DNA of 64,000 nucleotides from Octopus sinensis (taxonomy: Eukaryota): assembly GCF_006345805.1 (NCBI RefSeq), contig NW_021833044.1, positions 23,296 to 87,295 of the forward strand, read 5' to 3'. How positions within the stretch are numbered: the first letter of the stretch is position 1; each line of letters begins with the position of its first letter. Position numbers and translations under genes: made by a program. Positions 54,239-64,000 of this stretch are shown piece after piece. Below the pieces are notes generated by a model. It saw only the letters and a program-made list of their open reading frames with translations, did no database searches and was not told where the DNA came from.

Positions 54239-54718
54239 GTATATCGGTATATGTATAAATGCATTTTATAATATGTATATATGTATATGTATTTATTTAA
54301 ATGTATATGCATATGTGTATATATATATATATATATGTTGGTATACATATGTGTATGTATATATATACGTATATATACATACATACATATATACATATAT
54401 ATATGTGTGTGTGTGTGTGTGTGCGTGTATGTGTGTACGTGTTTGTGTGTGTGAGTTGTGTCTGCATGAGAACATATGTATGTTTTTTGAGTTTATGTGA
54501 CATTGCTAAAGTCGTTTTGATCAAATACTAGCGTACGCATTCTCTTCACCCCGTTCTCGATACTTGTTTTTCCTCAAACTCATTAAAATCTGCAGAAATC
54601 TACCCAGAGGTTATAACACAACTAAATATCTCTGTCACCCCAGACCCAGGATAAAGAAATAAAGGAATAAATAAATATTATATATGTATATATATATTAT
54701 ATATATTATATATATATA

Positions 54719-54778
<60 letters not shown>

Positions 54779-54835
54779 TATCAGAAATACCCAGTGTTGC
54801 TCAAGATTAAAATGGCATAGTTTTTTTATTTATTT

Positions 54836-55122
54836 ATTTCAGTCATGTGACTGTGGCCATGCTGGAGCACCGCCTCTTGTCGAACATATCGACTTCAGGA
54901 TTTATTCTTTGTAAGCCTAGTATTTATTCTATCAATGTCTGTTGCCGAACTGCTAAGTTACGGGGACATAATCACAGCAACATCGGGTCTCAGGCGATAG
55001 TGGGCTATACATACACATACACACACAAACACACACACACAAATATACACATATACACGACAGTCTTTAACTTACCGTGTACGAAATCAGCTCACAATTC
55101 TTTGATTGGCCTGAGGCTATAA
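54836..55122 (-). mobile_element. SINE family A, degenerate
   Basis: tttcagtcatgtgactgtggccatgctggagcaccgcc is the reverse complement of the family A tail. Confidence 0.75.
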
Positions 55123-55129
55123 TAATGCT

Positions 55130-55487
55130 TAGAGTTATGTCAGCGGAGCTCATGCTTCTTGCAGGGACTCCGATGCTGGACAGATGAAAGGCTAGAAAAC
55201 TAAGATGAACCACTTTTTCCCCAGATGTAAAAATTAGTATGCGTAAGGCCACACCTTTTACTACAAAAAAAATTACAGAAACAACGCTAAGAATTCAAAT
55301 CTGAGAAGACCTGTGAGAGCAAGGCCATCCTTCTAGGAATCGTATGTAAAAGAGCAGGATGCGGGATACGGAGGGAGAACTGAGATCCAATTGAAGAGAA
55401 GACGAAAAGACAGTTCACAGTGAAGAATAGTGGAGAACAGTCATCGATGACTTATGCTCTGTGGGAAGTGGAGGGCTTAAAAAAGTA
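55130..55487 (+). mobile_element. Old RTE-like LINE 3' end
   Basis: tggagaacagtcatcgatgacttatgctct..gggcttaaaaaagta resembles an RTE W..V..LC terminus. Confidence 0.4.
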
Positions 55488-57261
55488 TTCAAAGAAATAC
55501 TTGAATATAATAAACGTGAGGATGCAATGACACACGAACACGAGTCTGGTCGCTGAAGTTTTATGGTAACTTGTTACTGTTTAAAGTACTCACCACATTC
55601 AACTGATTCGCAATGTTTGGTATATTCATCTCTGACTTTGGTAGTTTCCAGTTCTAAATAGTATGAAGACAGTATTCACTTCTCACTGCATTCAGAAGGT
55701 CACCACAAGACAAGATTGCTACGGTGCAGTGGTTTACAAGCCTCAATCACTGGAAAGACTGTGTCAGCAGAGCGCAAGATTCGGCAGGGCTTCTCAAGCT
55801 TGACTGGTCAAAGACCAAATGGCAGACAAATGTTGATCACGTTTTTCTCAGATATAAATATCAGTTTGCGTAGAGATATTCACGCTTTGATTATATTATT
55901 TTCCAGGCAGTATGAAGACACTACACATCGCTTCTAATATATTAAGGATCGCTGCAATTCGTATACTTAATCTCATTGCTTTGCTTCAACTGTTGGAATA
56001 ATTCGTCATTTGAGACGATGTATATGAACCGGTAGTTAATTACTAATCTTCGATTAGCATTGTAACAGGCCAAAGATCAGTTTATAAGGGACGTTTCACG
56101 ACTGTATAGACAGATATTGAATTTATTTTGCTCTGCATTGTTTTTTCATATTTTGTTTCGGCGTAAGAGCATTCAAATGCCTATATTAATAGGGGTATTG
56201 TAATGTTTCTGGCTTTAGGGTAAAAGAAAATACTGGGTATCAGTTAATTATGATTTTGTTCAACATATTCCACTCTGAGATTGACATATTTATTGTAACA
56301 GTCCTTCCACTTTTCTAAGCCCTTTAAAAGAACTCGGAAGGTAGGGCCACGAACCAGGCCTTACGAGATACCCCTAAAGAGAGCAACACGCATAATCATG
56401 CGTACGGACACATGTACAAATATGTTAGGAATAGCATTTTATTAAAGTGGTTTGAAGACGTGACTGCATATGAGCTGAAACATTTTCATCACACACGCAC
56501 CCACAAACACACACACACACACACACTCACACACACACGCACACACACACAAGAATCTATATGAATATGTGTTCTTGAATATGTGTGACGTATGGTTATA
56601 CTTATTCTGCAAGGAGGGTCCTGCTGGCAAAAGTCTGCTAGAGCTATTGAAGATTATTATACTAGAAATATTTTCGGGGGGAAAAAAGGAGAAAAAATGA
56701 GCATATAAACAATAAGGAAAAAGAAGTCCGATTCATTTGCAAAGATATAACTGTCGTCTGTTGTGTGTAACAATCACATGTATGTAATAAACACATATTG
56801 CCTAGAGAGAGGAGCCGTTCTCCGGTGACGTAAAACAATATTGATTAAGTATTTACGTTCGATTCTGCTAGAACGTATCAAAAATTAATAGATACGTTAT
56901 TAATTGGAATCTTGCTCTTCTGTGTGAATCTCATGAATAATTATTTGTTCTGAAGACATCAACACGCGTCACCAAATAATTTGTTGATTGCCATAAATTA
57001 AAACATGTACTCTTGTCCGATTCATTTCACCTGCAGGGTAACATTGACTGAGGAATCAAAAAATAATGTCGGAATACTGCGGTGTTTCTAGGTCCTCTTA
57101 CAACGGTGGTTTTATGTGTTTTATGAACAAATATTAGCAAAATAAAAGGAGGTGTTTGGCGGCGATAAACACCAACGAGCTGATATTCTCTTTCGCGTCA
57201 GCCACAACGTATTGGAGAAAATTGAGAATGAATAGGAAGTTATTGTTTGGAGTCCAGCAGT

Positions 57262-57444
57262 TAGGTGAAGGCATGGCTGTGTGGTAAAAAGCTTGCTTTC
57301 GACACGCATGGATTCTGGTCGAGTCACACTGTTTGGCACCTTGGGCAACTGCCATCTGCTGAAGCCTCGGGACGACCAATGCCTTCTGAGTGGATTTGGT
57401 AGAAGTAAACTGAAAGAAGCCAGTTGCAGATATACATAGGTGCA

Positions 57445-57476
<32 letters not shown>

Positions 57477-57499
57477 CACACACATACATACATACATAC

Positions 57500-57550
<51 letters not shown>

Positions 57551-58200
57551 CACACAATCACATATATATACCTATTTCTTTATTACCCACAAGTGGCTAA
57601 ACACAGAGGGGACAAACAAGGACAGACATAGGTATTAAGTCGATTACATCGACCCCAGTTCCTAACTGGTACTTAATTTATCGACCCCGAAAGGATGAAA
57701 GGCAAAGTCGACCTCAGCGGAATTTGAACTCACAACGTAACGTAGACGAAATACCGCTAAGCATTTCGCCCGGCGTGCTAACGTTTCTGCCAGCTCGCCT
57801 TATATATATATATATATATATGGGACCATCAGCATATATATATATATGGGACCATCAGCATGATACAGAGTGTGACAAGGGTGACCCTTTTGAAAAACTA
57901 CAATTACTACTCATTTTTGCCCGCTGAGTGGGCCGAGGCAACGTTAAAAATAAAGTGTCTTGCTAAGGGGTACAACGCGTTGCCGGGACAGTTATATTAG
58001 GGGGATGTAAATATACTAACAGCGGTTGTCAAGTTGTACTGGACCACACACACAAACGCAAATATATATTTATTTTGCGTCTGTGTGTGATCCAGTACCA
58101 TTTGATGAACGAGGCTATAGTAGACGACACGCAAGATGCCACGCAGTAGGAACAATGTCGTTGGGAAGCAAGCTTCTTAACACTCAGTTAATCCTGCGCC
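57262..58200. mobile_element. SINE cluster: A (+) 57262-57426, B (-) 57572-57800, C-like (-) 57820-57990, A (-) 58085-58200
   Basis: Similarity to the other copies in this window. Confidence 0.8.
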
Positions 58201-58240
58201 TATATATATATATGTATGTGTATATATATATATATATACA

Positions 58241-58329
58241 AAATTTATAGGACTGACCACTAAAAGTGGGCAGCCTATATGCTAAACATAGATGTCAAAT
58301 CACCATTTAGTGGTCAGTCCTCTAAATTT
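58241..58329. repeat. Hairpin with ~24-bp arms
   Basis: aaatttataggactgaccactaaa / tttagtggtcagtcctctaaattt. Confidence 0.85.
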
Positions 58330-58415
58330 TTTATCTAAAACAATTTCTAATCTTCGGATTTTTTAAAATATGCTAAGACACAGATTTTAATTGATTAATA
58401 TCAATTTCTATCCTG

Positions 58416-58467
<52 letters not shown>

Positions 58468-58499
58468 ATATAGAATTCACAATCACTAATCTTGCAATC

Positions 58500-59577
58500 T
58501 GTAAGTCGGTTCAGTCAATAAGCTAGCACTAATTTCGGGTACAAAAAATCTCAGCTAATTTTAAATCTCCTGGGTCGCCGCACCGACCGGCCACTATGAT
58601 TTGTTGCCGCTACTTGCTCGCATCATTTGTAAACCAAGGCAGGTCTTTCCATTTTTTTTCATTTATTATTATACCTTTTTCACTTTTTAATTTCATGGAA
58701 GAATTAAAAACATTCCATGAAGAACTCGGACTGGAATACCAGTGCGATTACTGTGAAGGCTCGCTGCAAAGTTTCAAGGATCGACATGGGTTAATGTTTC
58801 GTGCCCTGTGTGGTGAAATGGGGAAAAAGTGATCAGCTGAAAATGCAGCTGTTAATCATCTTTATTCTGACCAAGAAATTGTGCAGATGGTTGTCAATCC
58901 CCTGCAGCAAAACAGTGAAAAAGAAAGCATTGAAGAAACTGAGGAAGATCTAAGAGAAAGTGTTTCTAGTGATCGGGGAATTCAGTAAAAACAGGTGAAC
59001 TGCTAAAACGTCGAGAACAACGCAGTTTTATAAGTGAGCAAGAGATAATGAACATTTATATACTGCAGGATTAACTGATCAAAGAAGATTGATCAGTTAA
59101 TTGCGGGATATCTTCAAAAATATAGCTGGAAAGTGTACAACAGAGGTGTTATCACTTGAGAATCCAGTGCCTTCGACATCATCTCACCCAGATGTGCTTA
59201 CACAGTCCCCATCAGTTCCTGATATTTTGCTCACTTTACAAGATGAAGAAGGCGGGAATTCTGACATCCCTTCATCTCAACGAGATTGCAATCCTGAGAT
59301 CCTCCCGCCGCAGCGATGATTTTTCTGTACGACAATAGATATTATTGTAGCAGAGCTATTACCTCTCATTATATCTTTGTTTTAATAAAATTTCATGTAA
59401 TTTCATTTGATTTCATTAAAAGTTAACTAAAATTTAAGTTGATGTTTCTATTTTCCTTATTAACCACCTTGTATTGATTTACGAGGTATTTTGACTGATC
59501 CAGTCTAATCTACCATGCATAATCAATCGACAATTTACCAAAATCCCTAATCCGACACTTCCCAGGTCTCAACTATA

Positions 59578-59582
<5 letters not shown>
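58500..59582 (+). mobile_element. pogo/Tigger-like DNA transposon remnant
   Basis: SDQEIVQMVVN..SEKESIEETEED..EQRSFISEQEIMNIY resembles the acidic pogo C-terminus; ends tactg|ta. Confidence 0.5.
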
Positions 59583-59621
<39 letters not shown>

Positions 59622-59659
59622 TAATATATATTATATATATATATATATGTATATATATA

Positions 59660-61330
59660 TTGTATATAAGAAATTAAAAAAGGAAAATAAGCACACTTAC
59701 ATAGTTTTAATATAGCGACCCGGTTTCGCTATCGCTATCATGATATGATGTTTTACTTATTTGAATATGTATTTTTTCTTAAGAAGAAAATTTGTCCATG
59801 TTGTGTGGGATGAAATTCACGAGTGAATGACTTCACAAGTTGATAAATAAAAGGGAGGTAATTGATTATCGTAATTATTGTTATTGTTCTGGGTAAGGGA
59901 GATAACTGTTCAGCTTTCGGTAATGGGAGGGGAATATATATGTACAAAGACAAGTTTCGAAAACCTTGTTTAATGAGGGGATTTATTTACAGTGATGTAA
60001 TCGTGAATTGAAATATGTAGAAAGATAAAAGTTGGTTTTGCGTGCATATTAAGATGTGTTCTGTATTTTTGAATGAAAAACGTTTCTTTATTTAAACGTT
60101 CTAATCGAGAGATTGTGTCTTTGCACTAGTAGCAGGGGAAGACTGTGAAATTCGGTTTGATGTTATTTGCACATTTTTCTATATGTTCCCCGAGAGGAAT
60201 TTACCCGTATTGCGGGAAACGCATTTGCTCTTTATGTAGAGTGATTCTCTTTCTCAAGGTCATACTCCTTTGTCCAATATAGTTGTATCCGAAACCCGAG
60301 CAGGTTATTACATAAATTAGGTTCTCAGAGGCACAAGTGAAACTAGTTTTAATTGTGAACCTCTGTCCTTCTTTGAAAAGGAAATCCGAGCCTTCAAGCA
60401 GATTGTGGCAGGTTCCACTGTTTGGGCGTTCACATTTTTCAACCGTTGGTTTCGTGGTTGTTTTGTAAAGCTTCGCATTTGTTAGTAGTCTCTTTAGCGA
60501 TCTGTCTTGTTTTTTGCATTTGATGAGTTTGTGTGTTTTCAGGATGTCGTTCATTTTTGGATCTCTAGTTAGTAAAGGAAGAGTTTGCACTATAGTGTTG
60601 AAACCCAACTGTTTCTGGGGTTGTGTGTTGATATAAATAGTAATGTTTTGACTTGAGGTGTGGTGTTGTGTTATGTTGTTCTGAATGTTTTAGCGCCTAG
60701 TTGTTTGGCACGTTTAATTCCTTCGTCGATAAGTGAAGGTGGATATTGTCGTTCAATAAGCGTTGTTTTGAGGTATTGAGTTGTTCTATCAGATACTATT
60801 GTGCATATCCTTTTTGCCAAATTGAAAGGGATGTTTATTTTGATGTGTTTCGGGTGGCATGAGTTAAAGAGAAGATATTGTTTTGAATCAGTTGGTTTAT
60901 AATAAATATCAGTTATGATTTCATTGTTAACTTTTTTTATCATGATGTCTAAAAATGGGAATTGTTCTTTGTTATATTCCATTGTGAATTGAATGTTACT
61001 ATTTATATCATTTAGTGTTGATTTGAAGTTCAAAGGTTTGTCGATGTTCTCCTTCCAAATGATAAAGCAGTCATCTAGGTATCTCATCCAATCTTCTCTT
61101 ATGTAGAGGTAACATGGGTAACTATATTTCTGAAGTAATACTTCATATAAGGTGAATCCAAAATAACCCATTATTAGGTTCGCAATATCTGAGGCTGCTT
61201 ACGCTCCCATCGCAATTCCGCATTCTGACGATAGTATGTGTCATCAAATAGGAAATAATTGTTCTGAAGTATAAAGTTTAAGGATTCAATAATAAAGATC
61301 TGGTTTATGCGTTCCGGGAGAGCTTCGGGG
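59660..61330 (-). mobile_element. 5'-truncated Neptune-type Penelope element (RT + Cys linker + GIY-YIG + pLTR)
   Basis: WMRYLDDCFIIW, PFLDIMI, DIYYKPTDSKQYL..SCHPKH..NIPFN; KC..P...TC; FTCASENLIYVITC..YIGQ; HHR 3' half GAAAC cgg GTC at ~59717-59727. Confidence 0.9.
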
Positions 61331-61602
61331 GTATATATATATAGTAATATTATTATTAATTATAATAGTAGGGAATATAATTCCAAACTTACATGGAAAA
61401 ATTCAATTTAGCAATTCTAAATGAAATTTCACAATATATATAATATATGTATATAATTAAGAGGAATAAACTGTATTAAGTAATTCAATAGTGAAAGACA
61501 TTTCTATATTATATACAAAGAATTGAAATATACTATAATAAATATTATTCAAAATGAATAGAGCTTAATAGAGCTTAATTCTCTTATATATATAATATAT
61601 AT

Positions 61603-61636
<34 letters not shown>

Positions 61637-61688
61637 ATCATATATATATATAACTACATGTATACATATATATATATGTATATATATG

Positions 61689-61740
<52 letters not shown>

Positions 61741-61744
61741 ATAT

Positions 61745-61811
<67 letters not shown>

Positions 61812-62474
61812 ACTAAGTATATGTACTGCTATGACCGCATAATCTATATGACATTTTTTCGCATTATTACTCTCGTTTCCTAAGCCTGTCACACGGTTAT
61901 ATCTGCTATAGAAATAACTAAAACCTCCTACCAGAATTGTTACGTTCAGCGAAAACTATACAACTTCTAAAATAGTCAAACAGTCAAAATGCTGCTATTT
62001 GGAGCGAGATTGTTCTAGTTAGATATATTTCTATAAATTTTTATGATGTCTTTGAATTTGTGGGTATTTTGTTTACAATTTTCTTCGATAATGATTTAAA
62101 CATGGTGATACTACTTACTGCGAATCGTGATATAGAATAATGTCAGACGACACAAGTAGTCGTCTGCATAATGCACGTAAAATTCAGGCGGGAGGTTTAT
62201 AAACATACATACATACATACATACATACATACATACATACTTACATACATACAAACATATATACATATATGTACATTCAAGCATGCATAAATACATTCAT
62301 ACATTCATACGTATGTACATGCATATACATATTCATATATATTTCATGTTACATATATAGGTATATATCAGTACATAACATATATATATATATAATTTAT
62401 ATATATGTATATTTATACATATATATATACACACACACACACACAATATATATATAAATACTTTATATATGTAT

Positions 62475-62508
<34 letters not shown>

Positions 62509-62579
62509 TATATAAATATTTATATACATACATGTTGATATACATATATGTATACGTGTGTATAAAATTATAGATATGG

Positions 62580-62617
<38 letters not shown>

Positions 62618-62689
62618 ATAGGGAGAAAGAGAGAGAGAAAGAGAGAAAGTGTGTGTATGTGAGTGTGTGTTTGTGTGTTTGTATAGATA

Positions 62690-63221
62690 TTTATAATTGT
62701 GTCTAAGTGTTGGTTTCTGCGTGTGTGTTCTCATAATCGTGCATTCACGCTGAGCCTCGTTGGTGGTTGCATAGAGTCAGCCAAGCAACGTGACGATGCG
62801 GTTTCGATTTTCGGTCAGACATGCCTCACTGCTAATGACGAAAACATTCACGTCACACTAACCGCATGCCACCCTCCAAGGACACAAACACGACACACAC
62901 ACACACATGCACAAGCACACACGTGCACACACACGTGCACACACACGTGCACACACACGTACACACATACTCACATACACACACATACACATACACACTG
63001 GCAAACAAAGCCACAAATACACACTCATTATGGCCATTTATTATATATTACGGCGATGTATATAGAATTCATCTTGCGTCAAAATAGCAAAACAGTCAAC
63101 CAGATTCGATTCCCAAATGAAAGTTCAATTTTCCAAATACACAAGAAATAATTTTTTTATATAATGGCTTTTATATCTTTACGAGCATTAAAGACCCGTC
63201 GTTGCCGGGTCATAGTGCTAG
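62690..63221 (+). mobile_element. Non-autonomous Helitron (3' end clear, 5' end uncertain)
   Basis: gacccgtcgttgccgggtcatagtgCTAG|T, nearly identical to the end at 28101. Confidence 0.7.
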
Positions 63222-63324
63222 TGCATGTATATATGTGTATATATATGTGTACATATTACATGTACATCTATATATATACATCTACACATAAAATGCAAAA
63301 TACAAAGTTATATCTTGATATCGC

Positions 63325-63880
63325 TAGTGATAACAATACTCAAAATATATGACAGACTGGAATTGTTAGCTCTTTTTTTTCTCTACATTGTATACTTTAT
63401 AGGCAATAGTCTTTTCTTTAATTTATTATCCATCTGAACTACTCCATTTCTGCACGCTAATTTTATTTTTTATTTAATTCCCATTCATGTGAAACCATTT
63501 ATTCAAGTTCAAATCATTGATGCAATTTTATACCAATTGTTATTTTTACTTATATTATACTTTAGTTTGATTGTAATTATTACTTACTACATATAATTCA
63601 ATTGTTATTATTATTTTTATTGTTAAAGTGAAAGCATCTGACATAAAATAGAGAAACGTTTTTGTTTCACTTTTAACACGTAATACAGAAATAGTGGATA
63701 AGATATGATATTGCTATGGGCTCGCTCTCGGCAAAAATTAATTTTTTTGCCGTTGACAATCCCCGGACCCTAAGTAAGGCATATGTAAAGTTTGAATGGA
63801 ATTGGTTGTGTAGTTCTCAAGTTTTAGGGAAACACACAGACAGACAGACAGACACACATTCTCAGTTCTATATATATAAC
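63325..63880 (-). mobile_element. Helitron-like non-autonomous element
   Basis: Minus strand begins tatatatatagaactgagaatgtgtgtctg(tctg)n..aactacacaaccaatt, resembling a Helitron 5' subterminus; 3' end uncertain. Confidence 0.5.
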
Positions 63881-64000
63881 GATTACTTAAATTAGATTCG
63901 ATTTGTCTGTTGACGTCAATAATCCCCGTACAGAAATAGCAACAGATCTGTTGTTAATTAGCATGGACTTCTAGAACGATCGTACAGCGAACCAGGACCA

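Overview
Repeat-dominated, AT-rich eukaryotic DNA with no recognisable host gene. The microsatellite density ((TA)n, (CA)n, (TATC)n, (AAT)n, (TTC)n) and the tRNA-SINE families suggest a cephalopod (Octopus-like) intron or intergenic region; this is an inference. Almost all supplied ORFs are microsatellite artefacts. The real content is layered transposons: Penelope-like elements (one near-complete Naiad-type copy at 13.6-18.2 kb with an inverted pLTR, two Naiad fragments, one Neptune-type copy); R4/Dong, RTE, CR1-group and L1/Tx1-like LINE remnants; three tRNA-SINE families; non-autonomous Helitrons; and a pogo/Tigger remnant. The hidden signal is a dense set of about 12-14 minimal type I hammerhead ribozyme (HHR) motifs, many with non-canonical cores. 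The best candidate for an undescribed system is a tRNA-headed, HHR-bearing element inserted as a head-to-head inverted dimer between 13-bp target site duplications (43385-43926). All calls were made by eye; element boundaries are approximate unless stated.
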